The notes under the pieces are model-generated. The model was not told where the DNA came from and searched no databases. It saw only the letters and a program-made list of their open reading frames with translations. Source: Eledone cirrhosa (Eukaryota). Taken from it: a stretch of DNA of 64,000 bases. Location of the stretch: NCBI GenBank assembly GCA_964016885.1, contig OZ024740.1, forward strand, positions 308,760,001 through 308,824,000. Reading direction: 5' to 3'. A program made the translations under genes and the position numbers. This document shows, piece after piece, positions 12,432-26,015 of the stretch. The first letter of the stretch is position 1; every line of letters starts with the position of its first letter.

Positions 12432-13902
12432 TGAGAGAGAGATTCATAGGTACAGGTATGGCTGTGTAGTTAAGAACATCACTTCACATCTACATGGAGT
12501 TCCACCCCATTGCATGACTATTTGAGTGAAAGTGGTCAGCAGAAACTGTATGAAGCTCATCTCATCTGCGTGGATATTTGTTTGTGCCTTCATTTCACAT
12601 TTGTCACTGCTAGTGCTAGTGGTGATGTTTTTTTATGTTTTTCAAAAATAGAAGTCCCACAGCTCAGCAATTAAATGTGTGATGATAAGTACCTTACTTT
12701 AAGAAAATTGGGAAAGGAATCCACTGTAGAATTCTGCCTAAACATCTTGTCCAATCCATGCTAGCATGATGATCACACACACATACATATATATACTAGT
12801 GTGTGTATATATATATATATATATTTATAGATGGAGGCACATGGCTTAGTGGTTAGAGCATTGGCTTTGTGAAAGGTTGTGAGTTCAATTCTCAGACCGG
12901 GTGATGTGTTGTTTCCTTGAGCAAGACACTTTATTTCACATTGCTCCAGTTTTACTCAGCTGTAGAAATGAGATGATAGGGACTGAGGTCCCACTCCCTA
13001 TCATTCCACTGCAAAGTGGTCGTGGAGGTTCCACGGAAAAAAAGCACCCAACACTCACTGTAAATGAGGTTGGTGTTAGGAAGGGCATCCAGCTGTAGAA
13101 ACCAAGCCAGAATCAGTTCCCGTCCCACCCTTGCAAGCAGGGAAAAGTGGACATAAAATAATGATGATAATGATGATGATACAGTCAATTGATTTCTAAA
13201 GAGAACACATTATTACTACCACTTCTACTATTACTACTTCTATAACTGTTGCATCTACAACTGTTTCAAAAGACTCTCTTTTCTTCAACTTCATATAGCA
13301 TGTATAATCTGAATGTACTTCATACCAATAATGCTATATTAATCTACTACTAAAAACTGTTGTGGTCACTTGTGGAACTATTGTAGACTACAACATTACC
13401 TTTGTTTATTAGGTTTATATCTAGGGCTGCATTGATTAAGAAAGGTCCTGAAAACAGGTATATAACACTGTAATAACTATCATGATACAATCTAAAGCTG
13501 GAGTCCAGTATAAAATCAGAGTGTTGAAATACCACTGAGGTACTCTATTTGAGTATAACTATGCAATATTGAACAACTAGATGAGTATTTTAACAACAAA
13601 TTACAGCTAGTGCAGTGAAGCTAGGGTGTACCAGCTTCATTTGGAACAACTAGGGAAGTATGTGCCAATTAGGTAACATTTCTGAACCTGATAGTAATAG
13701 CAGTAAAATATTATTTATATCCCAACAGTTTGTCTGAATAAAAGATGGGATGGTCATGGATTTGACCAAAGGTCTTCTCAGCCACAAAGATCTTTTCAAT
13801 TCTCATTAACTTCATTATGAACATCTAAGTTAGTAATAAGCCAGCAAGAGAGTTTCCAAGTGATCAGTTGACCTGCTGGAAATGTGATCAAATCTACCTT
13901 AA

Positions 13903-14109
13903 CCCTTTAGCATCTACATTACTCTATATTTACTATTATATTTTCATGATAAAGGCTTTACCTCACATAATATTGAAATTACAAGATATTGATATTATTT
14001 ATTTTGAGAACAATACCTTAACACTAGTAGGAGCGGCCAGTTACAGCCACGTTGAACAGAAAGAGGTGGGAAAATTCTGGCTGGATACGGCTGGTTTAAA
14101 TGCTAACGG
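13903..14109. mobile_element. piggyBac-like MITE with TTAA TSD
   Basis: TTAA|CCCTTTAGCAT ... ATGCTAACGG|TTAA. Opposite-orientation copies at 41379-41599 and about 60790-60995. Confidence 0.8.
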
Positions 14110-14210
14110 TTAAATTCCACCCTACCATCTTAAAAACTGGAAAGATACACCCACCAGTTTAATCTTGGATAACCATAAAAAAATAAAATTGTCACAGCTG
14201 GAATACTTTT

Positions 14211-14411
14211 GATTACATAGCTACTCAACCAGGATTAACCTGGGGGCGAACAACCAATAGATTACATATCTACTCAACCAGGATTAACCTGGGGGCGAAC
14301 AACCAATAGATTACATATCTACTCAACCAGGATTAACCTGGGGGCGAACAACCAATAGATTACATATCTACTCAACCAGGATTAACCTGGGGGCGAACAA
14401 CCAATAGATTA
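14211..14411. repeat. 49-bp tandem repeat x4
   Basis: GATTACATATCTACTCAACCAGGATTAACCTGGGGGCGAACAACCAATA at 14211, 14260, 14309 and 14358, almost identical. Confidence 0.95.
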
Positions 14412-14689
14412 ATATTTTAGTAGCAAGAAGTCCTGAAGTCATGTAATAGCTAACTGTTGGTAGACAGAGCAGTATCATTTATCTTTCAAGAGATGCTGGC
14501 CAAAACTGTCTACTCTAACAATTGTGGAGATGTGTGTCCTAGTGGTAAAGGTGTTGGACTTACTATTGTCATGGGTTCAATTCCTGGGCTAGGTTGTGTT
14601 GTGTTCTTGAGCAAAACACTTCATTTCACGTTGCTCCAATATACTGAAAATGAGTACCATATGATAATTTGTAGAATAGTAAGTAAAAT

Positions 14690-15240
14690 ATAACAAAGTG
14701 TTACAAGTTATTTTTTTAAATTTTGTATTACAATTATTCAGAGTTGTATAAACATTATAGGATGAAAATATAAACACAAATATAAACACATAATAAATAC
14801 AATTAATTATTGCTTGTAACCTTACAAATACAACACACCAAAATATACAATCAAAGCAAGAAAAAGAAAAAAAAAGGAAAACAAAAATGACCATCAATTC
14901 ACCACCAAGTGCGATAATCGGCTGCACATCACAAGAGCAGAGGTGTAACTAGGGTATGTCAAGCATGGCACGTGCCATGGGTGCCACTTGGACAAGGAGC
15001 AAGTTCTATTAAAGTCAAATAAACCTTGTTGGAGAGTGAAAAAAGAAACTCCTTCAGATATATGATCTGTCTCTATCATGGGTGAGAACACTATGGTGGC
15101 TGGATCATTAAACCATTTATATAAATTATTAGACCCATAGGTAAAAATACAGTGCTGGGCAGGAGTGCAATTCCACTGCATGCCATAAGCACTATTTTCC
15201 TTGGTTATGTCTCTGCACAAGGGTCAGAGGAAATTAAAAT
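14690..15240 (-). mobile_element. Probable LINE 3' end (L1/Tx1-like), duplicated at about 58800-59480
   Basis: Shares ACCATCAATTCACC..CAAGTG..CAAT.GGCTGCA and an A-rich 3' UTR-like block with 58800-59020. The clade assignment is tentative. Confidence 0.45.
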
Positions 15241-16178
15241 GTTTTTAATCTTGAGATTCAGGTTCTCTTTACACACTATACTTCTGTTTTGTAATCATAG
15301 AAGTGTTAAAGGCTAATTAGTTAAGAACAACTGCATTAATCAACAGTTACAATTTAATCTGTCTTCTTGGTTAGTGTAAATTATCACTAGTAATTAATTG
15401 TACCAACACCACTTGGTATTAGGTAGCATATAATATAACTTTTATATCTTTATTTCTATTTAACTATAGAAACAATACTGATAAGTTTAAACAATGACTG
15501 TCCTAATTTATATTCAGAAAGAAGGTGCTATAGCTATGATGTCTATCTGCTGCCCTCATTTATCAAGTGTTGAAATCTTACTACAGTCACATTTCACCCA
15601 GCCCTTCCTCCCCAACTCTTTCAAATTTTTCCCTCTGCTTGCCCATACTTTTGTTCCCAACATTTATATTCAAGCTGAACATCAGCTGTATCAATTTTGA
15701 CAGTCTCAGAAGACCAGCAAAGATCATGGCACACTTTTTCCTTCCATGACTAACATATATAACATTTTTGTTGGACCTTCGGTCAAGATACATGACTTCA
15801 CTTTTACTGATAAAACATTCTGTTAACATTTCATAGTTGAATGGTTAGCATGAAGAAACACATTCAGTTGTGAAAACTGCTGTTCCAATAATATTTAAAC
15901 TTCCACATTTGTCATGTATATTGTCATTTTATATGTTGATAAAATACAATGTCTGTAAAAGTTTTTTTAAATAGGTATCTTCTAAAGTGTGGTTTTGTTT
16001 AATAATTAGAAAAAATAAGTTAAGTTGATATTCTTAGATATTTTCTCAAAATCAATTAAATTTTTAATTTCTTTCTACTCAAGGAAACTCTATAACTAGT
16101 ATAAATTTCTGTTATAGCTGTATTCTGATTTTCAGTAAATTTAATCCCTTCTTAATCAAAACTGTCTTTCTTATTTGG

Positions 16179-16602
16179 TGGATTGGCAGTATCGGTAGAG
16201 AGTTGGACACCATGCTTTGATGCATAGAATTACGGCCCTTGCCATTCTGAGTTCAAATCCCACTGAGGTTAACTTTGCCTTTCATCCTTAGGGGTTCGAT
16301 AAAATAAAGTACCAGTAATGCACTGGGATAATTGCTGGCCTTGTGCCAAAAGTAGAAACAATTATTTATTGTGGCTTCAAAGGGTTTGGCAGTGTTGGTA
16401 GAACGCCAAACAACTTGCTTTGCAGTTTATAGTTATGTCACTTTATGTTCTGGATTCAATTCTCACCGAGATTAGTTTTACCTTTCATCCTTACAAGATC
16501 GATAAAATAAAGTACCAGTAATGCACTGGGTTCGATTTAATCGACTTTCCCTTTCTCTTCCCTTCAAATTGCTGGCCTTGTGCCAAAAGTAGAAACAATT
16601 AT
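16179..16602 (+). mobile_element. Two head-to-tail SINE family A copies
   Basis: Short variant 16179-16365 followed by long variant 16383-16602. Both are followed by AATTATTTATTGTGGCTT. Confidence 0.85.
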
Positions 16603-18592
16603 TTATTGTGGCTTTTGATATTTTGTTGTCTCCCTTCATCAAAATTATTTATCTTTGTAAGCTCTTTTATATATATATTCTCCATTAAAACTATCATTGT
16701 CTTATGAAGTTAATGAAATCCTCCTTAATCAAAGATGGTCTTTTGTAAGTTGGCTCCCAATGAAATAGACTATCCTTCCATCAGAGCATGCTTTTGTATT
16801 TTGTAGCTTAGTGTTAGCTAAAACTACTTCCTTCTCACTAAATGTTCTGCTTTGAGTATCAAATTGTTTGATATAAACAGTATAACAATATTATTTTTTA
16901 TACATCCCCACCACCACTACCATCATGAAAACTATTTATTAGGTGATGGCAAATGATTTAACTAGCCAATTCACCTTTTCATTTTTGATGTTGTAACATT
17001 TATAGCTTCTTTTATTTTATGTCTGCTTTTTTTGCGTAGTTTTACTACAGTTCAATGGTTAAACATATTTCTTGGTTGACAATAACATTAATAACTACAA
17101 TTTTTTGTATCTTATCATATCATTTGCTCATTGTATGAACAGCAAGGAAAAAACTTGAATACTCTCCTTACAGTTATGATTAATTGTTGTGTTCAGAGAA
17201 ATACAAACCTTGTGTATTACTCTTGACTGCCAGGTGAGACAATATTGTAACTCTTCTGTTCCAGAAAGTATAAAATAGATTGTAATACTGGTAGGCCATG
17301 CTGTGTGAAATGCATATTGTAGATACACATTTTGTTATAACTCTTGCATATATGGAGATATATACAAAATTGTTTGAATAGAAAAGCCTTATACTATGTC
17401 AATTTTATATTTTAATTTCTGCTTTAATATTTTTTATGCTATTCAATTTAACTTGTTACTTGTACTGTTCCTTTCCAATTGACTGTATGTTATTCATATA
17501 TTTCTCTTGTGTTGCTTGCTATGTTGCTTGCATGCTGCCTGTGTCTTTCTCATGTATTTCCTGAAATTTACTAATGCGAGTTTCTCTGTAGATAATTTTG
17601 ACATATAAACTTTGTCCTAAAATATTTAACTAAATCTTACAGGTTATATATTCAGAATATTTTTACTCCATTTCAATTATGGTCATCACAACATTACATA
17701 ATCTTTAATATATTTCTGTCTATTGAATGTCCTGGAAATTTTGGATATTTAAAAAAAATATATTACTATAATGTTTTTGTTGTTTAACATTTCCTTTTAT
17801 TCCATGCCAACGTGTATGGAATAGTTTCTGGATATTGGTTAAAAGAGCTGTTTTTCCTGGATGGACACACATTTTACTTGTCACTGAATTGTGAAGTAGG
17901 AATTTAACTTATGCTAAAAGTCAGGTGGAGAAAGTATGAACAGGGAGGTAACTCATACAGTTCAGGGGAGGTAAGATTACGTTTACAGCTAGGTTGCAAA
18001 TGGTGAAACATAGTCCCTAATACTGACTAGTCAATTGTGGCTTAGTACTTATATCATAGATATTTTGAAAATACTAACATTTAATTGCCTTGCCTCAGTA
18101 TTTTGAGACACTCTAAATATTTCAAACAATTTCAATACTGTCCTGAAGACACACTACTTTTTATATTGGTAGGTGTGTAGTTACATTTATTAAAGTGGAC
18201 TGCCTATTTTCAAGTAACTCTTGGTTTGTCATAAAACAGTTGCAACTTTTGCTAAAATAGATATCTGAGTTAACTCATATTTCATTACTTAATTGAAAGG
18301 TTAGTCTTTATGATTGAATGTACTTCTGCTCTACTGCTCTACACATTCTGTACTCTTGTTAACTCAGTGACAAAAGTTTTAAGCCAACAACACGGGAACA
18401 AATATTCTAAAAGTCAATATTAAACATTAATACTCACCAAGGATTTTCATAAGAAAATTTGTTGTGTTTAAATCTATTTTAATCAACATTCTTAACCATC
18501 ATGAAATACACAATTATCTTCTTTAGGTATATATTTTGAAGTTATAAGTTATAGCTGCTTTGCAAAGAACACATGACTTTAGATTACCTTAA

Positions 18593-18699
18593 TCTTTAGC
18601 ATGCTAGTAATTTTTATGAGTTGTTTCCCTTCAGAGAGCATTATCTGTTAAGGGGAGATTACTCTATGGTGCCCTGTGTCGCTGATAGTGCATTAAAGG
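18593..18699. mobile_element. Short piggyBac-like MITE (second family)
   Basis: TTAA|TCTTTAGCATGC...GCATTAAAGG|TTAA. A homologous copy lies at about 31690-31795 (GGAGATTACTCTATGGTGCCCTGTGTC shared). Confidence 0.6.
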
Positions 18700-19389
18700 T
18701 TAAATCAATTTAAACGAATTTATAAAAAAGAAAAAGAAAGACACTCTTGCTTTTAGAATATATATTTTCATTGCACTGCAGAATAGTTATGTCTTTAACT
18801 ACCACTGTCACCCCATAATTACAACCTTGATAATTCTAAATCCCAAACCCTCAAATTTACTTGCACAACATTCAGGCGCCCCGCCCCCAGAAAACAACAG
18901 TAAAACATTATCTGCAACTAGAGACTGCATTGAAAAGACGCATTCCAGATCTGACTTAAGGCATCCCATTTATCTTTCTCATGCACAATTGTATCTGTTT
19001 ATGCTGCATGCTTAATTTGCCCACTTGCAACTCTCCTGATCTGTACATCTTCCTTGCATGCTGTCAAATCTTTTACAGCTGCATGCATCTCATTTTACAG
19101 GAACCCTGCTCCTTCTCTTCACTTGGACTTTTCTGCTTTTTTCTCTTCACAGACACTTACAGACATTCCTTGGAGTATAGTTCAATCACTGTCAGTCATT
19201 GAGCCAAGACATTCAGCACCTCTCTCTTTCTTTCTCACTTGCTCTCTCTCTCTCTCTCTTAACTCCCTTAAATGCCAATTTCTGCGAGCCTAACATGCAA
19301 AACTTTCTTTTTGTTTTCTTCTTTTCTTTGTCCTTCATCTGCTGTTAGTGTTATTGTTAATATAATTGTTGCTATTATTATTATTATAT

Positions 19390-20250
19390 TTTGCTTTTCA
19401 TCCTTGAGGTCGATAAAATAAAGCACCAGTTATGCACTGGGGGTCAATTAGGTCAACTTTCCCCTCAACCAAATTGCTGGCCTTGTAGAAACAATTATTA
19501 TTATTATCAGGGTAGTGGATTGGCAGAATTGTTAGAGCATTTGACAAAATACTTTGCAGTATTTAGTTACGACCCTTTGCGTTCTGAATTCAAATCCCGC
19601 CGAGGTTAGTTTTGCCTTTCATCCTTACGGGATCGATAAAAATAAAGCACCAGTAATGCACTGGGGTCAATTTAATGGACTTTCCCCTCCCCTTCACATT
19701 GCTGGCTTGGTGCCTAATGTAGAAACAATTATTATTATTATGAGGGCGGTGAATTGGCAGTATCGGTAGAGGGTTGACGCTATGCTTTGCAGCATAGAGT
19801 TATGGCCCTTTATGATCTGAGTTCAAATCCCGCCGAGGGTAACTTTGCCTTTCATCCTTACGGGGTCGATAAAATAAAGTACCAGTGATGAACTGGGGTC
19901 GATTTAATCGACTTCCCCCCCCCCCCGAAATTGCTGGCCTTGTACCTATATAAGAAACCATTATTATTGGGGTCGATAAAATGAAGTACCAGTAATGCAC
20001 TGGGTAATTGCTGGCCTTGTGCCAAAAGTAGAAACAATTATTATTATTATTATTATTTGGTAGATTGGCAGAATTGGTAAAGCATCAGACAGAATGCCTT
20101 GTATTTAATCACATCCCTTGTAGTATCTGGTTTGCATCCCTTAGTATTTTGAGTTCAAACTCCAGGGTTGATAAAACAAAGTACCAGCCAAGTACTGAGG
20201 GTTAATATAAGTGACTGTTCCCCTCCTTTAAAATTTGTAACCTTGCATCA
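19390..20250 (+). mobile_element. Head-to-tail cluster of about 5 SINE family A copies and fragments
   Basis: Repeated GGGGTCGATAAAATAAAG(T/C)ACCAG and ATTGCTGGCCTTGT units separated by (ATT)n tails. Confidence 0.85.
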
Positions 20251-20679
20251 AAATGAGAAATCCCTACCTACTATCATATGCAAGTAGTTGAGCTTTTGAT
20301 GGACATTTGTACCCTTAACACAGTTCTCAGGGAGATCCAGTATGACACAGTATGTAATAAGTCTGGTCTTTGAATTATAGATACGATTCATTTTTGCCAG
20401 CTGAATGGACTGGAGCAATGAGAAATAAAGTGTCTTATTCAAAGACACGTTGTGCCACCAAGAATGGAGCTCACAACCTTACAGCCATTAACCTTTTGGT
20501 AAAGAAACAAATAAGTGTAGGAATATCAGCAGAGTGGGAGTGGAGAAGTTCAGGGAAGAGTGTTGGAAGTGGTAAGGTGGGGGAGGGGTGGGAACATTGA
20601 CCATTTTCTTTATATTTACATAACAGTGGCAATTAGACAAATACTGAAGTCTTTTTTTACCATTCTTGTCCCCCCACAG

Positions 20680-20719
20680 GTTCCAAGGTGGTATTACAAA
20701 AGCCTGCTGAATCGGAGAG
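20680..20719 (+). CDS. ASAP: ASAP small exon (40 nt, phase 1-2), GSKVVLQKPAESE
   Basis: ttttttaccattcttgtccccccacag|...|gtaaga. It supplies exactly the phase 1 to 2 change needed between exon 9737-10045 and exon 59710. Confidence 0.8.
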
Positions 20720-21299
20720 GTAAGAGTTTCCTCCTTTCCTTCCTTCTTTCTTTACTCTCCTTTTCTGTTTTAATCTTTGGCACACTGAATTTTTTTATGA
20801 ATTGCTTCCTTTGACTCTGTCTTATATATTAAGGGGAGCTTATTCTATTGGCAGCATAAGGCGCCTAGAGCGTGCTGAAGATCAAACAAAGTGATTTTGA
20901 TTTCTGGTGTCCATGTCATTAATTAGTTGAGAATGAAAAGTGTACAAATATCTAAACCGTGTGCCACTACATAGTAGTAAGTAAAAACTAGGTTATGGCA
21001 GTATCTTGGCTTTTTAAAGACTGAAGTTATTTCCTCCTTCTATAGCATAAGAGTTGTGCAGGGAGAAAATATTGACACTTAAAAACAGCACTTGGTCCTT
21101 CTACTGTATGCAATCCTAGATGAACCTACATCACAGTAGGATACTCAGATAAAGGCAAGCAATATCAAACTCCCACACTCACTATAAACAGCAAGCACAA
21201 AGGTGCAATAAACATGGTTGTAACCAGTTGATGATGATACATGTATGTGTGTGTGTATTCATTCAGAGTTGGTGATTCACCCTGTCACTACTCCAGGTT

Positions 21300-21995
21300 G
21301 CCTTCATTGAATGTTAAGAATTTTTAGCAGAATGTTTCCTCATATCAATATTCTTCTTCTATACATCCATTACTGGTGCCATGATGAAGTTCCTACTCCA
21401 GCTCACTCTGTCTAGCATTGCCATCTGAATTTCCCCTGCCTCCAACTCAGTGCCATCTTCAAGAACATCCTTCAGCATTTTAGTTGGTCTTCCAACTCAT
21501 CTGCATGCATTGGCTTTCCAGAAAAGACCTCTGTCAGCAGGTTCATTGTGACATTTCACATGTCCAGCTAATGTGAGCTTCCTGTGCCTTATGTCAAAAA
21601 GGTGAAGGTGTGAACCATAAAGTAATTTATTTGCTGTGTGTGTTCTCCAGGATATGTTCTGGACTTTTCTTAGCATCCAGGTGAACGTGCTATTAATCCT
21701 CTTTGTGAGTGTTTTTGTTAGTGACTATGACTCGCATCCATAAAGGAGAATAGACTCAACCGTTGCTTTGAATAGCCTTATTTTCGTTGTTTTGTCGATT
21801 GAAGATACCCACACCTTTGGTACCCAACCCCCATGCTTGCCTATCCTGGTATCCACATCGTGCTCTGTATTCATAAAATTGCCAAGATACAAGAAATCAT
21901 CGACCTCCTCAATCTCCAAACCATCTAGCACATGCATTTGTTTATTTGATGTTGTATTGAGGTGCTTGAATTTTGTTTTGCCAGCATTCAAGAAG
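21300..21995 (-). mobile_element. RTE-like LINE 3' fragment
   Basis: NAGKTK..EEVDDFLYLG..KIRLFKATVESILLYGCES, continuing with RMLRKVQNISW and LAGHV. Confidence 0.8.
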
Positions 21996-23102
21996 AGTCT
22001 AATGGACTGTGCTACATTCCTCCACTCTGTAGCACTTCCACGGCTTATTTGCTGGTATTTTCCAAGAGAGCTATATCATCTGCTTAAGCCATTTCAGGTA
22101 GAGCTTCCTCCGGATGCTGGGTGCTTTGTTGACTTTTCATTATCAATATCAATAGTTAGCATTTAATTGAAGTAAGGAAAGTGATTCTTCTAAAGAATTA
22201 CTATCAAGTGAGTAAGGACCAAGAAGGAAATGAAAACTGCATTTGAAATATTTATTGATTGTCATGGAATACTATGAAACCCTGTGATGAACAATAACAC
22301 ATCAAAAATATAGAACATTTCAAAATAACAATAAGCATAAGGGTTTTGTTAACATTAAATTAAAACATAGAGGTCACAGTACTTATGTTCATTTGGAATG
22401 TATGTGTAGGTGTAGTTGAAGAAGTGAAATAGAGGTTTATATCATGCTTATTAGTGGCAGAGAGAAACAGGTTAAATATGTGAGAGTAAGAGATAGCTGT
22501 GTTCACTGTCATAGTCATTGACTTGTTGGCCAGTTGCTGCTATCAAAGTCTAAAACCTTTCAAAGAGAGAATGCTGTCAACATGGTCTTCCATACCACAA
22601 GTTGAGTTCTCTGCTGTGCCTGGTTATTTTGTGCTGAAAATGATGAATATTAATACATCATTGCATATGTTACAAAAAGAAGCTGTAGTTCTGTAACAAC
22701 TGGCTATGTATGACTTTGCTACAATAATTGACAGCCTATGATGCTGAGAAAACAAGTAATTGATACAAGAAAGGGTAATGAAAGAGAGATCTTAGTGCTG
22801 CTAGCATATGGCTTGTATTACTAGGATTGAGATCTGGGTTGACTGAAAATATAATTTGATGCAGTTTGTAGTTATGTCTTCAGGTGGGTCTGAACAATGT
22901 GTGTCCAGTTAATTTAATTTGTGTTTCTGTGTGAAGCTAGATGCAGCCCATGAAGTGCATCTGCATTATCAAATGTGTCTGAAGTGCAAGCTTGCATTTC
23001 CAAGTTATTCTGGGAAAATGTGTGAGGGTGCAATATCAGCTAAGCTGATTGTTGAGAGAAAAGTAAAACAGAATATCTTGCAAATCTCATCTAAAACAGC
23101 TA

Positions 23103-23464
23103 CTCTCGGGTCCCTAATAACAGGTAGGGGGATCGATAATTTTTCTAGGTTGTCCCCCTTTATTTAAAAAAAAAACAGAATTAGACATTTAGTTTACATA
23201 TTGAGATCTCAACTCATCTTATTTATTTTATAAGGTGTGGGCTTTCTTTTATTGTTCTTTTTTTGTCATGTATAATAATTTTTGATGTATAAAGAAAATT
23301 TATTGTTGCAGGAATGCTACAACTTAAAATAATATTTCACCGGAGATATATTAGCAAAATTTAATAAGCAGGGTGGGGGAGGGTTGGAATAAGAGTGGGG
23401 TGTAGTTGGAAAAAATTTGAAAAATTAATAAGTGGGGGAGGGGGCATTATTTGAGACTTGAGAG
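23103..23464. mobile_element. Tc1/pogo-like MITE, same family as 11254-11502
   Basis: TA|CTCTCGGGTCCCTAATAA ... TTATTTGAGACTTGAGAG|TA with shared internal blocks. Confidence 0.75.
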
Positions 23465-24569
23465 TACATACAAAAGCTAATTAATTTGTATTTTTTGTGA
23501 AAATGTGTGCAACATATTGAAAGGTATGCAGGTGTGTGTAAACAAAGCAAAATCAATGTACAAAAACATAGAGGATGAAAATTAATCAAAATGAATGTCT
23601 ATCTTGTTAAAACTAAGTGAATATGAAATGAAATGAACATGTAAAAGAGAAGCAAGATATTAAAAAATAATTAATTGTTCAAATAGGAGTTCATAGTTAA
23701 TATTTTATTTGATTTTTCCTTGTGTATTTTTTTATTTTATGCCTCCTTTATGTTTATGCTATAGATTGATACAATCTGTATTGTTGCAGGGGTGTCAATA
23801 ATTCCTAAAAGGGCTGTTTTAGTTGTTTTTGTTGTTGTAGCAGGAATAGTCGTTTTGTTTTGTTTTTTTGTTTTTTTGTTAGATTTAAAGTGATTTCAGT
23901 TTAGAATTTCCCTGTTTCCAGTAGCAAAAAAGCTGTTGAGCAGATTCGAGAATATGTGTTGTTTGTTTATTTTTTTCATTTTTAGAAGGTCATCACTAAA
24001 ACTAGTGAATATAAAATGTAATGAGGGAAGATGTAAGAAATGTATTGGATCAAATATATGAAAGATTCAATGAGTTGCAATTAGTTGTTATTTGATTGGA
24101 TTTTTGGTAAATTGGGTTATACCCAAGATGTGATTTGCATGTTGGAAAGTCCTCTGCAAAATTTTATTTCCACTAAAGCACTAAAGCAGAAATATATTGG
24201 TGTATGAATGTTACCAATAAAGTGAGTTGGGGAATGAAAGAATGATGCAGTGAGAAAAACTACATGCTGTTTGTTGTAGGATCACCAACTTAACTTAAAC
24301 GCTTTGAAAAGAAGATTGTAGTTCAAACATTGGGTTGCCACCACTTTAGCAAAATATTACCTCACATCACCTGGATGTTTGAGAAGTAATTTATTTAAGA
24401 ATTAATGTGAGTAAGGATCAAGAAGGAAATGAAACTGCATTTGAAATATTTATTGGTTACCATGGAATACTATGAAACCCTATAATGGTTGGGGTAAGGA
24501 GGGGAATACAAAGATTAGATATTTTTAGTATTTGTTGTTTCTTTTTAATCATTAATTATTTCATGAATG

Positions 24570-24980
24570 CATACTAGTGGAATCTGTACTTGTTTATGGC
24601 TCTATCACTTGGACGCTAACGTCGAAACTGGAGAAAAAGCTAGACAGGGCATACACACGTATGCTGCGTGCTGCTTTAAACGTGTCTTGGGGGTAACACC
24701 CAACAAATAAGGATCTCTATGGTAATATACCATCTATCAGCAGGTCAATACGTGGACAGAGACTCAGATTTTCTGGCCAGTGTTGGCGCAGCAAGGAAGA
24801 AATAGCAGGTGTTGTGTTGTTATGGAGTCCATCTCATGGAGCAAGAAATGCTGGTCGTCCCAAGAACTTGAGGACGATACTGGATGCACTGTGGAAGAAC
24901 TGGCAAACGCTATGAGAGACAGAGATGGATGGAGGAAACGTGTCGTAGAAAGCCGAGCAAGCTCGACCTGATGATGATAA
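24570..24980 (+). mobile_element. RTE-like LINE 3' fragment
   Basis: VESVLVYGSITWTLTSKLEKKLDRAYTRMLRAALNVSW..RLRFSGQCWR..GRP..AMRDRDGWRKRV, ending in a (TGA)n tail. Confidence 0.8.
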
Positions 24981-25544
24981 TACTAGTTTAATTAACTGTT
25001 TGCTAAACTGAACCTTTTGCAAAGAACTAGGTCTTCAATTAGATTTAGATTATTCAATAACAATTTATAAAGCACAGGATGAAACATTTAATAAGATAGG
25101 GATTTACTTACCATGACCAGTATTTAACCATGGACAGTTGCATTCTCTAGAGCCAGGAAAATAATCAAGGGAAATGAAAAAAAAAAATCTCTCACTAAAA
25201 CCATTGCATATAAAAGTCTAAAAAAGTCTGCCTCAACCTAGAAGGCTTGTCAGGCAGGTACTTATCCCTGTTTCATGGCGTGAAGTGACTGAGAGTACAA
25301 GACTTTACCCTGGACAGGACGCCAGTCCATCGCAGGGTTAAACCCCCAGCTATTGCTGGTACTCATTTTCAGCTGAGTATACTGGAGAAATGTGAAATGA
25401 AGTGTTTTGCTCAAGAATACAACACACAACCGAGCCCAGGAATTGTGACTATGACCTTATGATTGTAAATCCAACACCCTTACCACTAGACCACGTGCCT
25501 CCACAAATTGTATATAAGGATGTATTAAATTAATGGTATAAATA

Positions 25545-25735
25545 ATTGTTTCTACTTTTGGCACAAGGCCAGCAATTACCCAGTTCATTACTGGTACTTT
25601 ATTTTATCGACCCCGTAAGGATGAAAGGCAAAGTTAACCTCGACGGGATTTGAACTCAGACCATAAAGGGCCGTAACTCTAAGCTGCAAACCATGGCGTC
25701 CGACCCTCTACCGATACTGCCAATTCACTGCCCTT
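25545..25735 (-). mobile_element. SINE family A, full length, with flanking 19-bp direct repeat
   Basis: AATTAATGGTATAAATAAT at 25528-25546 and 25759-25777, consistent with a TSD. Confidence 0.85.
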
Positions 25736-26015
25736 AGACACACATACATACTGCACACAATTAATGGTATAAATAATGATAATTAATGGTCTTCCACAGA
25801 GACAGTTGTATATAATTCTGCCTCCTCTAGTGTGTATGACTGACATAAAACAGTTTCCCATTCCCTACTTCACCTCTCCATCTTTTTTCTCTATATACTT
25901 CTTTATTCCGAACCATATGGAATCATCTTTTAAAACATATCAAATAAAATTCTCTAGAGTAGTCACTCTGTAAAAGCAGAATATTTGTTGTATAATATAA
26001 TGCCCCACATGTTGT

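Noticed and set aside
14211-14411. CRISPR-like appearance of the repeats here, at 8395-8540 and at 26016-26139
   Set aside because: Contiguous tandem units with no unique spacers, no cas genes and a eukaryotic context.
22205-24485. Duplicated ~80-bp block starting GTGAGTAAG (22208 and 24407) as paired splice donors
   Set aside because: No credible upstream acceptor or in-frame exon. More likely an interspersed repeat fragment.
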